Shown here: piece after piece, positions 10,369 through 19,501 of the stretch
Layout of the letters: every line of letters starts with the position of its first letter
Position numbering within the stretch: position 1 is the first letter of the stretch
IMG/VR virus record: IMGVR_UViG_3300021400_000091
Coordinates: 1 to 64,000 of that record
DNA length: 64,000 nucleotides
From: a virus
Taxonomy: Duplodnaviria; Caudoviricetes
Strand: one strand, 5' to 3'
Notes under the pieces: generated by a model
Seen by the model: the letters and a program-made list of their open reading frames with translations, nothing else
What the model was told of the DNA's origin: nothing
The model's database searches: none
Made by a program: the position numbers and the translations under genes

Positions 10369-10729
10369 AAGATATTGTAGCTATAACTATTACAATAAAC
10401 ATTACTAAACAATTAAGAACCACATAATTATAATTATCTAACGGTATTCCTATATATTCATCATATACACTAATTACATAATTTATAACTATATAATGTA
10501 GAAAAATCCTATGATAAAAACAAAACTTAAATACATAAGAAGATACATATAAAAATATCATAGGAATCAATGATAGTCCTCCAAGATAATTAAGAACTCT
10601 AGTATCAATATTAAAATAAGGTAGAATTGTATTAAAGAAATACATCAATGCAAGAACCATTGGTATAAACTTTAATATAATCAATTCTACCTTATACAAT
10701 AGTTTAATTATTGCTCTTCTTTCCTCCAT
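10334..10729 (-). CDS. Membrane protein (4 TM)
   Basis: 131 aa, four hydrophobic helices. Confidence 0.7.
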   Translation of the reverse strand: MEERRAIIKLLYKVELIILKFIPMVLALMYFFNTILPYFNIDTRVLNYLGGLSLIPMIFLYVSSYVFKFCFYHRIFLHYIVINYVISVYDEYIGIPLDNYNYVVLNCLVMFIVIVIATISYVNQRNKELIT

Positions 10730-10844
10730 AAGGATAAGTTCTACCCCTATTTACTCCTGCTCTAGGAACCATAGGATGAGACTTTCTCTCAGTATTACCT
10801 CTAGCTAGAGGTTTACTTGATTTATGCTCTCTATTTTTAGCCAT
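10704..10844 (-). CDS. Small basic peptide (46 aa)
   Basis: Hand-translated MAKNREHKSSKPLARGNTERKSHPMVPRAGVNRGRTYPYGGKKSNN; fills the gap between neighbours. Confidence 0.55.
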   Translation of the reverse strand: MAKNREHKSSKPLARGNTERKSHPMVPRAGVNRGRTYPYGGKKSNN

Positions 10845-10845
10845 A

Positions 10846-11091
10846 TTATCCTACACTAACCATACAAGCAAGAAAGGTAGCAACAGCTCCACCGATACAA
10901 TGACTAATAAAAGTCTTAGTATCAAAAGTAGCACCTTCTTTCATTTTACCAAAAGCATATGAAAGACCAAGACAAAGTGTCATACCAACACCTGCAACAG
11001 CGGTTGCGCCTACATGGCGACCAACAAGAAATGTAATAACTGCTACAAAGAAAACTGCAATAGCAGAAACAACAGAATCAAGAATGTTCAT
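10846..11091 (-). CDS. Small membrane protein
   Basis: 81 aa, three hydrophobic segments. Confidence 0.65.
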   Translation of the reverse strand: MNILDSVVSAIAVFFVAVITFLVGRHVGATAVAGVGMTLCLGLSYAFGKMKEGATFDTKTFISHCIGGAVATFLACMVSVG

Positions 11092-11098
11092 AAGATAA

Positions 11099-11260
11099 TT
11101 AATTTAAATTGTTAATAACTTCACTTATTTTAACTTTTGCAATTTCATCAATATACTCATCAAGTACATCGTTGTCATTACAAAAAGTTTGGCAATCATT
11201 TATAATATCTTTAGCAATATTTGATAAATCTTTGCTATAAGAATTTAATATCTCGTTCAT
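11099..11260 (-). CDS. Small hypothetical protein (53 aa)
   Basis: Hand-translated MNEILNSYSKDLSNIAKDIINDCQTFCND...; ATGA overlap with upstream stop. Confidence 0.5.
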   Translation of the reverse strand: MNEILNSYSKDLSNIAKDIINDCQTFCNDNDVLDEYIDEIAKVKISEVINNLN

Positions 11261-12849
11261 GATATATTTCTTATATATGGTTCAATAGATGCTACATATT
11301 CATAGGAAGGATTATTAGTTACAGATGCACTCATATCTGCTACTCTTTCATCTATATTAGCTGCAACTACGTCAGAACTTCTATCAGTAGGAATAACTAC
11401 TTGGTCATTATTATTATATCTAGCTACACTTTCGAAATCATCAAACAATATAATCATACTATATGTAACATTTGCATCACTATCTATAGTTCCATCTACA
11501 CAATTAAGCATTGGCAATAGCATTATACTAAATTTAGTATTTCTAGGAATAATAAATCTAGTTAAATTTAACTCAGTCCTACCCCAAAATTGAGGTATAG
11601 ACATTCGTAAATTATTTTCATTAAATATTTTTTGCCCACTAAAATATGAACCTACACCTCTATCATGTCCTGTACCTTTATTATATTTTCCTCCAGTAGT
11701 ATCTTGGTTCTTATAATAATTAGCTATATGAAATATAAATTTAAGCTTCTCAGTAAATACTAAAGCATTATATGTTTCAGAATTTAATACATCTAATTCA
11801 TCTGCTCCTCCTATTCCATCATCTAGTCCAATCATAGAGAATAAATCAATATTACATTCAGTATTTATACAATCAAATATATATTCATAATTATCTAAAG
11901 CTGTTGTTCTTATATTTGAGAAACCATTTATTACAAATATTCCATTTTGATCAATAGCAACATATGCTTTAGAATTTATAACTTTATCATTTCTATGTAA
12001 TAATCTTAATTTGCTAGAAGTCCATACTCTGTCAACAATAGTAGGAGTTATTATATAAATATCACCAGCAAATAATAAATCCTGTGTAAGAGTCAATGTT
12101 GTAATTAACTCATCATCATCATTATTAATAAGTATTCTATCAAAGGCATCTCTATAATCAGGAACTTTAAATAATATCCCACCTATTGTTGCAATATCAA
12201 TTTTATTACCTATACTTAACTTAAGTGTTTTAGCATCATTAGTAAATGAAGGAATAGCATGAATAATGAATCCATTTATTCTTGAACTTAATTCTCCATT
12301 GTTTATAGTCTCTAGCGCACTACTTCTAATGACGCTAGTATTATGTGTATTATTATTTTCATTAACTTCAGTAATCAATATATCGTTTGAATTTAATGTA
12401 GTTATATCATCATATATTGAAATATATTGTCTAGTAACAGAATTATAAACCCATACTTTCTTTTTATCTTCTCTTGTTGTTCCATACAACTCTCCTTCTG
12501 GGTTATCTATATCATCAATATCTCCAGATACTGTTACAAATAAATTATATTCTTTAATACTTGAACTTATTTCTATAACATTTACATATTCTAAGTCTGA
12601 TAATGTACTCAGTTGAGGTAATTTAACACTTCTAAGACCTATATTATTTATTTCTCCATTAAATACATTAAACCAATAATTTTCATTACCTATAGATGTA
12701 TTTGCTGGAACATTCGTTTTAGAAATATATACACTCCCCGTAGAGGGAACTTTCACCACACTGAGCTTTTTATATGCTTTAGTAGAATCAAAATCACCTT
12801 CAATAACAAATCCTATTCTACCAAGACTAACTTCTTTATTTATTGCCAT
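11257..12849 (-). CDS. Tail fibre/spike (receptor-binding) protein
   Basis: Probable start MAINKEVSLGRIGFVIEGDFDSTKAYKKLSVV..YISKTNVPANTSIGNENYW, an N-terminal module typical of Bacteroidota phage fibres. Confidence 0.6.
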   Translation of the reverse strand: MAINKEVSLGRIGFVIEGDFDSTKAYKKLSVVKVPSTGSVYISKTNVPANTSIGNENYWFNVFNGEINNIGLRSVKLPQLSTLSDLEYVNVIEISSSIKEYNLFVTVSGDIDDIDNPEGELYGTTREDKKKVWVYNSVTRQYISIYDDITTLNSNDILITEVNENNNTHNTSVIRSSALETINNGELSSRINGFIIHAIPSFTNDAKTLKLSIGNKIDIATIGGILFKVPDYRDAFDRILINNDDDELITTLTLTQDLLFAGDIYIITPTIVDRVWTSSKLRLLHRNDKVINSKAYVAIDQNGIFVINGFSNIRTTALDNYEYIFDCINTECNIDLFSMIGLDDGIGGADELDVLNSETYNALVFTEKLKFIFHIANYYKNQDTTGGKYNKGTGHDRGVGSYFSGQKIFNENNLRMSIPQFWGRTELNLTRFIIPRNTKFSIMLLPMLNCVDGTIDSDANVTYSMIILFDDFESVARYNNNDQVVIPTDRSSDVVAANIDERVADMSASVTNNPSYEYVASIEPYIRNIS

Positions 12850-13525
12850 ATAATTCGCAATTTTCAATTTCCAAATTAAAACTAGTAGGAGTAAAAAACT
12901 CAAACATAGTATCAGTATTATCAGTGTCAACATAACACTTTTCAACTGGACATTTAATATCTCTGTAAAGTTCTTGATCTTCAGTCAAAGTAAACGCTCC
13001 ACTATATTCAACACCTTCTCTATATATATTACTAATCTGTCCTTCTACAAATTTCATAAGAAGTTTACCTTCTTTTTCTCTATGGTTAGTTAATAAATTA
13101 ACTGCAACCATAAATGTTACAAAACAATTTATTACATTATGTTGACAGTAGCATTCTGACTTACATTCATCAAGAACTGTGTCAAGATTTTCTAGAAAAT
13201 ACTCTAGAACTGTTATTCCAAGACATTGATATTCTTCAGGAATTTCGATTGTTTCAATAGAACCATTTATTTCTATATCTTTGAAATTCTCATCTGGCTC
13301 TTCCAATTCATTTACTATTTCCTGTATTTTATACTTTAGTTCCTCGGAGAGTTCATTGTAGAAATCTAGACAATACAAAATTATTAAATAAAAGATTTTT
13401 TCGCATCTGAGCGACTTTTGCTGTCCGCTTACCGATACTACATATTTAGAGTTTTGCGCTTGTGTAGACGAAAGCAGACCCCATAGCGTTGATGCTACTT
13501 TAAGTTTTGCATTATCTAAATCCAT
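12836..13525 (-). CDS. Conserved tail-associated protein
   Basis: 229 aa; IEIPEEY..ECKSECYC..VINCF pattern; position before fibre gene. Confidence 0.5.
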   Translation of the reverse strand: MDLDNAKLKVASTLWGLLSSTQAQNSKYVVSVSGQQKSLRCEKIFYLIILYCLDFYNELSEELKYKIQEIVNELEEPDENFKDIEINGSIETIEIPEEYQCLGITVLEYFLENLDTVLDECKSECYCQHNVINCFVTFMVAVNLLTNHREKEGKLLMKFVEGQISNIYREGVEYSGAFTLTEDQELYRDIKCPVEKCYVDTDNTDTMFEFFTPTSFNLEIENCELYGNK

Positions 13526-14085
13526 TATATCTGATTTATTAGATTAGCACAATATTCATCTACATATAGTTTAATCTTATTACTACATTGATAAATCCTT
13601 TGTTCTTTAGTAAGATTTTTATCATATATAATATCTATAATTGCATCTTTTAAAGAATATGTCCATTCTTTATTTATTTTAGTAATTAGTTTATTTCTAG
13701 AATTACTATATAATAAAACCACAGTAAATATATCTTGATATTCTTTATCTATAGTTTTATTAAGATTTTCAATTATAGATTTTTTATTTTTAATAATATG
13801 ATTATTAATAAGAGTATATACTACAAAATTTAATACTTTATAACTAAAGCTATCAAATACGTCTGTTAAACTCTTATTACATCTTTCTGGTTCTTTATCT
13901 ATAATATCCTGTGTTATATGCTTTAGAAATTCATTTATATTATTAATACAATCTATCATTTGACCATTTAGTTTTGCAGTTTTAGATTCTTTTTTACTAT
14001 CTAGTAGACGAATAATCAAAAGGTACACTGCAACAACAATAGCCGGAGCAATACCTTGTTCTAATGCTGTTTGAAGAATATCCAT
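13525..14085 (-). CDS. Membrane-anchored conserved protein (holin-like N-terminus)
   Basis: 186 aa; N-terminal TM GIAPAIVVAVYLLII. Confidence 0.55.
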   Translation of the reverse strand: MDILQTALEQGIAPAIVVAVYLLIIRLLDSKKESKTAKLNGQMIDCINNINEFLKHITQDIIDKEPERCNKSLTDVFDSFSYKVLNFVVYTLINNHIIKNKKSIIENLNKTIDKEYQDIFTVVLLYSNSRNKLITKINKEWTYSLKDAIIDIIYDKNLTKEQRIYQCSNKIKLYVDEYCANLINQI

Positions 14086-14090
14086 TTTAT

Positions 14091-14126
14091 TAAAAAAGGC
14101 AGCAGTAGACTTAACTACTACTGCCT
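14091..14126 (-). terminator. Intrinsic terminator after capsid operon
   Basis: AGGCAG(C/T)AGTAG...CTAC..CTGCCT hairpin with T-run on - strand. Confidence 0.65.
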
Positions 14127-14139
14127 AAGAAAGTTATGT

Positions 14140-15126
14140 TTAATCGCCAAAAGTACCAGGAGCAATCTTATTAATCATTGCCTTGAAGTCATTATAAACA
14201 AAATCACCAACATCCTTCAAAGGATGAACAATGTTAATAACTTGTTTAACGACATCGCCTGTAGTTTCAACAATTCTAGGTTCAACAAAAGTAATATGAG
14301 TTAATCCTAATGTTCCACCAAATACATCTTCAACTACATTAGTTAAAGTATCCAGCATAAAGTCAACCTCACGAGGTCTTAGTTTATTGGGATAAAAATC
14401 ACCATCCGGACAGTTAATATAGTCAAAACCATAATTGGCATCAGCATCAACAATTAGCTTACGAAGGAATGCTCTAGTAACAAGTTCTACCTTATTAGTA
14501 TCATTAACACTTGTAACAACATTTATCCAAGACGATAAAGTTGCATCCATAGGATGTACATATACATTGTTAACGCACTCAGTCATATAGAACTTAACAC
14601 CAATTAGAGTAGTAACAGGAGGAAGTCCGCCAGTAGCTTCGATAATCTCCATATCTACCCATTCCTTAATTGAGCTGTTCTTAATCTGATTGTAAATACT
14701 TTCTCGTACTTTGGCAACAGTTGTATCAGCAGCTACTCTATAAGAGAAATTCCAACTATTACGTTTATTAAACTTAGCAGGAAGGATAACTCTCACAGTG
14801 ATATCCTGACCAATGATATTTGTAAAATCATAGTCATCTGCAATATCCAAACTGAATACTATAGCACCATCATCATACTTAGCAATCTTCTGTTCAGTAT
14901 CTTTACAATATAGCTCACATAAACTAATAGGAATAACTCTAATCTCTCTATTGCCGAAATTAGCATATCTGCTATCTCCGCCTTTCCATACAAGGTTAAA
15001 TTGCTTATCTAATACTGTACCATGAGTTTTTGCTTTCATTAAAGCAATATCAGTAGTCATAGCATTAACATCAGCAACAAAATCACTTGCAATAGAATTA
15101 CTAGTTAAAAATATATTTGTTCTCAT
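14140..15126 (-). CDS. Auxiliary capsid/structural protein (paralog 2)
   Basis: 328 aa; shares FNKRNSW and DADANYGFDY motifs with neighbour. Confidence 0.6.
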   Translation of the reverse strand: MRTNIFLTSNSIASDFVADVNAMTTDIALMKAKTHGTVLDKQFNLVWKGGDSRYANFGNREIRVIPISLCELYCKDTEQKIAKYDDGAIVFSLDIADDYDFTNIIGQDITVRVILPAKFNKRNSWNFSYRVAADTTVAKVRESIYNQIKNSSIKEWVDMEIIEATGGLPPVTTLIGVKFYMTECVNNVYVHPMDATLSSWINVVTSVNDTNKVELVTRAFLRKLIVDADANYGFDYINCPDGDFYPNKLRPREVDFMLDTLTNVVEDVFGGTLGLTHITFVEPRIVETTGDVVKQVINIVHPLKDVGDFVYNDFKAMINKIAPGTFGD

Positions 15127-15154
15127 ATATTATTTATTGCATTAAAGAGTTTAA

Positions 15155-16144
15155 TTAGTTTTTCCCAGGGCCAACTATTACTTCGCCAGGGTCAAAATTC
15201 GGGGGTAAATTATTAGCAGGAGTTATTCCAAAGAAATTTTCAGCCAAAGAACCAATAGCAGTATTATTACCAATAAATGTATAAGACTGATTAATTCTAG
15301 GGTCTAAAGTTCTAAATAAACTAGGCTCAGATACTTTTATAGAAAGGATACTTAGATTATTTTCGTTAACACCTAAGTCAATTAACTCATTATATAATGC
15401 TTCAGGATTTCTACCTTTATAAAGATTTTCACCTGCTGTTTCGGTATAATCGAAACCATAATCAGCATCACATTCAGTAGTAAATTTTCTGAACATATGA
15501 TGTACATCGTGATTTCTATAATTACCATTTTTAGCAGCATCCTTATAGAAAGCATACTTAGCAAGACCATCAAACATTACATCATAACTGGGTGCCTTCC
15601 AATTACTAGTACCAACTTTAAAATCGGAACCATTTAAAGTAACGCTTAATGTAGAATCAAGTTCTTTAAACCTTGCGTCAAGTATTGTAGCGAAATCTGC
15701 ATAAGTTGTTTCCTCTTTAACAACAATTTCTACATACCATTTATTTCTCTTATTAAAAGGAACATTTCTCTTAACAAGCATAAATCCATAAACACCAGGA
15801 ACTATTTTTCCTTCTGTATCTATAGAAGTATTAGAAATAATACCATGCTCAGTGGTATAATTAGGCAAATAAAAAGTGCTATTAGGAGTTAATACAACAT
15901 CTGTTCTTCTATCTGTAGAACTAATTAATCCGGTTAAATCAGAATAGGTATATGCCAGCCAATCTGCAATCTCTTTAGGAAACGAGAACTTATTTACAGT
16001 TCCATTATGCTTAAAAAAGATTTCAGCATAATTTTTATTTCCATGAGGAATAGTATTAAGATAAATACCATTTTCAGTTGCAGATAAAGCAGTCATATCT
16101 CTAACTATAGATTTACCATTAACTAAAATTAAATGCTTTATCAT
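15155..16144 (-). CDS. Auxiliary capsid/structural protein (paralog 1)
   Basis: 329 aa; FNKRNKW and CDADYGFDY motifs. Confidence 0.6.
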   Translation of the reverse strand: MIKHLILVNGKSIVRDMTALSATENGIYLNTIPHGNKNYAEIFFKHNGTVNKFSFPKEIADWLAYTYSDLTGLISSTDRRTDVVLTPNSTFYLPNYTTEHGIISNTSIDTEGKIVPGVYGFMLVKRNVPFNKRNKWYVEIVVKEETTYADFATILDARFKELDSTLSVTLNGSDFKVGTSNWKAPSYDVMFDGLAKYAFYKDAAKNGNYRNHDVHHMFRKFTTECDADYGFDYTETAGENLYKGRNPEALYNELIDLGVNENNLSILSIKVSEPSLFRTLDPRINQSYTFIGNNTAIGSLAENFFGITPANNLPPNFDPGEVIVGPGKN

Positions 16145-16836
16145 TGATTATTTTGTTCTTGTTGTTGTGAAACTTGTTGACTTGTAGCTCCAATAGACCT
16201 AAAATAAGTATTAACTGCAATCTCAACTATTTCAGGAATAACATAATCTGGTAGTTCAGTGTAATCAAAACTTAGATTATTAACAGTAAAATCATTAGGT
16301 TGTTTTACAAAAGCAACTCTTACAGTTTTCAATTCCCTAGTAGTAGGAAATGCTTTACTTTTATATTCAACCAAAATTCTAAGTTTATTGTTATTATAAA
16401 GATAAGTAATAATAGGAGTTCTCCAACTTGCTTGATTACAATAATCATTGCGATGTTGATAGAACTTATCATAATCTACAACTCTACAGCTAACAATATC
16501 GTTATCATATACTGCATCAAATGATGTGTAATACATCACTTTGACATCTAAATCTATATTTCCACTTTTAGAACCAAACAATGTATCTTCAACTGAAACA
16601 TCTCGATACATCAATAAATTTCTAAGTATATTAGTGCTAGCAAGAGGATTATCTTGCATTGAAACTTTGTCAGTAAATTTGCTTTGAGCATTCTGCATAA
16701 CAGTTGCTCTAACTTTGTTGACAATAGCTTGATTAATGTATACTGCAATATCCTCATTAGAAATGAATCTCATAGAATCAAGACCTTTAGACTGACCTTG
16801 AATCTTAAACATTGTCAGTATATCTTCTACTTTCAT
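16141..16836 (-). CDS. Ring/neck structural protein
   Basis: 231 aa; DIAVYINQA, ELPDYVIPEIVEIAV pattern; crAss synteny downstream of MCP. Confidence 0.65.
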   Translation of the reverse strand: MKVEDILTMFKIQGQSKGLDSMRFISNEDIAVYINQAIVNKVRATVMQNAQSKFTDKVSMQDNPLASTNILRNLLMYRDVSVEDTLFGSKSGNIDLDVKVMYYTSFDAVYDNDIVSCRVVDYDKFYQHRNDYCNQASWRTPIITYLYNNNKLRILVEYKSKAFPTTRELKTVRVAFVKQPNDFTVNNLSFDYTELPDYVIPEIVEIAVNTYFRSIGATSQQVSQQQEQNNQ

Positions 16837-17963
16837 TACATATTATTTAATTTGTTCTGAAAAGCATTAACCAAAGAAGCATTAGCAGGATCGTTAAACC
16901 AAGCAACAGCTTCATTCATATTAGCACCAATAAATGTTCCATCACTTGTAGTAATATTTTGACTATTGCCAATTCTTAATAACTCACCACGAGCGATTAA
17001 CATTTCTATTAGACTAACAAGTTTTAAATTCTTATTTGAGAATATTCTATTAAATTTCTCAGGTTCCTCAGTACTAAATTTGTCAAGATATTCTTCCTTA
17101 ACATTTCTGTCAAGTTTCATAGTCTGAACAATAGGAAGTCCCATAATAGAACAATACTGAACAAAAATGTTATCAAATAACTCATTATCACTAATTGCTT
17201 CAATGTAATGAGCTTTTGCAATATTCTTCGATTTACGAAGTTTAACAATTCGTTCTTGTTCCTTATTATCATCCTTAAAATAAAAACGATAATTTGGATC
17301 ACTATTAATAAGACTAATCTCTTTACAAACATCATTATACAAAAGACAATGACGATACATCAGATAATCTTCAAGATTAATAGGATAGCCAAGTGAGCAT
17401 TTACTAGTTTCGATTTCATTAAGTCGCAGACACTTTACTTTGAGTGCTTTCTTCAAAGCAACTTCATTTCTTTTATCTACAGCATTATATTCATCTTCAA
17501 CTTTTTCAATCTCATTCTTGACTTTCAAATAATCTCTATAAGTATTATACCTAAAAGAAGTATCAAATGTCTTACCATCTTCATCTACTTGTATTCTAAT
17601 GTTATTTAAGTACTGCTTAACTCGAGTAATGAAATTCTCATTGTTAGATGCAATACCAATAAGAGCAGGAAAATAAGTTTCGATTTCTTTTTTATTTGAA
17701 GAAAGTATTCGACTACTATTAATTGAACTACCAATATAATCTACTTTCTTATTCAATACATTAAAGTTTGCTCTACGATATAAACTAAACTTTTGAATAA
17801 GAGCAATAGTAATACTTGAATGTTCAACATATTCAGCGTCTAAATCTCTTTCAACTTTATGTTCTTCAGAGGAACCCTTATTTGTCCCATCTGGCTCTTT
17901 TAGATTAGTAGTTTCTTGTTTAGCTTTGCCAAAATTGACTTGTACTGCTTCACTATCTGCCAT
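16836..17963 (-). CDS. Conserved Crassvirales capsid-module protein (gene 75-like)
   Basis: 375 aa directly downstream of MCP; YPINLEDYLMYRHCL, IGANMNEAVAWF. Confidence 0.7.
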   Translation of the reverse strand: MADSEAVQVNFGKAKQETTNLKEPDGTNKGSSEEHKVERDLDAEYVEHSSITIALIQKFSLYRRANFNVLNKKVDYIGSSINSSRILSSNKKEIETYFPALIGIASNNENFITRVKQYLNNIRIQVDEDGKTFDTSFRYNTYRDYLKVKNEIEKVEDEYNAVDKRNEVALKKALKVKCLRLNEIETSKCSLGYPINLEDYLMYRHCLLYNDVCKEISLINSDPNYRFYFKDDNKEQERIVKLRKSKNIAKAHYIEAISDNELFDNIFVQYCSIMGLPIVQTMKLDRNVKEEYLDKFSTEEPEKFNRIFSNKNLKLVSLIEMLIARGELLRIGNSQNITTSDGTFIGANMNEAVAWFNDPANASLVNAFQNKLNNM

Positions 17964-17992
17964 ATCTTATTTTAGTTTTAATTGATTAATAA

Positions 17993-19462
17993 TTACAACT
18001 TGCACTGCATTAAGAACATCTTGCTTGAGTTGTCAACCTGTAAGCCAATGCTACCCATAATTTCATAGCGGCTCATATCGACATCAGTAGAGATATAGTT
18101 AGTATCTCCAACACCCCAAGAAGCAGGAATATCAGCCATTCCCTTATAGACCTTAGCCTTATAAACACGACCCTTCTGATGCACTAAACGAACATTCTGA
18201 TGTCCATTATAAGAACTAAAGTCAATGAAAGCAGCTTGATGCGAAGTGATAGGATAACCAGTACGAGGATGTACATTACCGTTAGCCTTAGCAGCTTCAG
18301 CAAGTGTACCCTTATCGAAGAAAGCACAATGCTTAGCAGTTACAGTATGACCATCAACAGTCTTATACTTACGGAAGTAAGCACCATACTCAAGACCATA
18401 GCCACTACCACTAATTTCCTTCTCACCAAGGGGAGTCAAGAAACCATTTTCACGAGCATCCTGCTTGATAGCCTCATCAAAGTCCTCAAGGAAGCCCTTG
18501 CCACCCATAAGAACAATGTCCATATGACCATCGTCAGTATCTCTATCGAAAACATCACCAACAGTTCTCTTAATCTTATTCAGAGTAAGAATTTCACCAT
18601 AGGTGTCATAATTGTTTTCTCTACAGATTTCAAGCATACCTGCAGTATGAGGAATGGGCTTACCTGTATCACGGCTACGAAGAGTTACTTCACCATTTTC
18701 AGTTCTATTGTACTGAGCAAGCCAAAGTCTTTCTTCATTCTTAACTCTATTCTGAATATTAAACTGCTTCATTTCCTCATTAATCCAAAGACGAGAGGAA
18801 GCTCCAGCACCATTCTTAAATTCATATTCAGTAATAGTGTTTGCAAGATTACCAGCAATTTCCTTAGAATAGCGATAGAACTCTAATTGGCTAGTCATCT
18901 TACCAGGCCCCATAACATTACTACGGTTACCCTTAGAATACGATTCCTCAACAGTAGAAGCACCAATGCTCCAATACTTACCAGTAGTTAACAGTTCAGC
19001 AGGAACATAAGCATTGGGGTCAGGACTAACAAGACGAATAAGATATTCATAACCATTAACACCTTCACCCATATCTTTCTGAATACGGAACTGAGTTTCA
19101 CCATCGGGAGCAATCAGAGTATGCTGCTCAATAAACCAATGAGTTGAGAAAGAAACTACAAATTCAGCACCACCAAGACCAATCTTTTCTCCTCTTGGAG
19201 CATTTGTCAGCATATCAATAAACTTCATACGACCCATAACAGGCCAAGTCCATTGAACAGTATTTACTTCAACAACACCATTTCTACCCTGACCCTCTGT
19301 TAAGAAAGTAAGAGGAAATCTGTCGTCATCCAAACCATAATTATAAGTAAGGAAAGCATTAATAGCCTCAGGCTTTTGAAGCTGGAGATAAGCAATACTT
19401 TCTTCATTGCTATAACCTCTATCATCAAACTTGCCTTTGGACACAACGTGCATTTTATACAT
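17993..19462 (-). CDS. Major capsid protein
   Basis: 489 aa; DDRFPLTFLTEGQG, EESYSKGN, KNEERLW, YKTVDGHTVT motifs; highly biased codon usage; synteny. Confidence 0.9.
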   Translation of the reverse strand: MYKMHVVSKGKFDDRGYSNEESIAYLQLQKPEAINAFLTYNYGLDDDRFPLTFLTEGQGRNGVVEVNTVQWTWPVMGRMKFIDMLTNAPRGEKIGLGGAEFVVSFSTHWFIEQHTLIAPDGETQFRIQKDMGEGVNGYEYLIRLVSPDPNAYVPAELLTTGKYWSIGASTVEESYSKGNRSNVMGPGKMTSQLEFYRYSKEIAGNLANTITEYEFKNGAGASSRLWINEEMKQFNIQNRVKNEERLWLAQYNRTENGEVTLRSRDTGKPIPHTAGMLEICRENNYDTYGEILTLNKIKRTVGDVFDRDTDDGHMDIVLMGGKGFLEDFDEAIKQDARENGFLTPLGEKEISGSGYGLEYGAYFRKYKTVDGHTVTAKHCAFFDKGTLAEAAKANGNVHPRTGYPITSHQAAFIDFSSYNGHQNVRLVHQKGRVYKAKVYKGMADIPASWGVGDTNYISTDVDMSRYEIMGSIGLQVDNSSKMFLMQCKL

Positions 19463-19501
19463 ACTAATTACAAAATTTTTAAGTTAATAATTAAGTTGTG
19501 G

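Noticed and set aside
6857-12849. Diversity-generating retroelement or invertible tail-fibre locus
   Set aside because: No reverse transcriptase, recombinase or template/variable repeat pair detected in this window.
18200-18886. 228-aa antisense ORF in the capsid gene and similar shadow ORFs (21130, 35939, 46955, 47477)
   Set aside because: Antisense to strongly codon-biased genes with Ser/Ile/Leu/Thr-rich nonsense composition; expected artefact.
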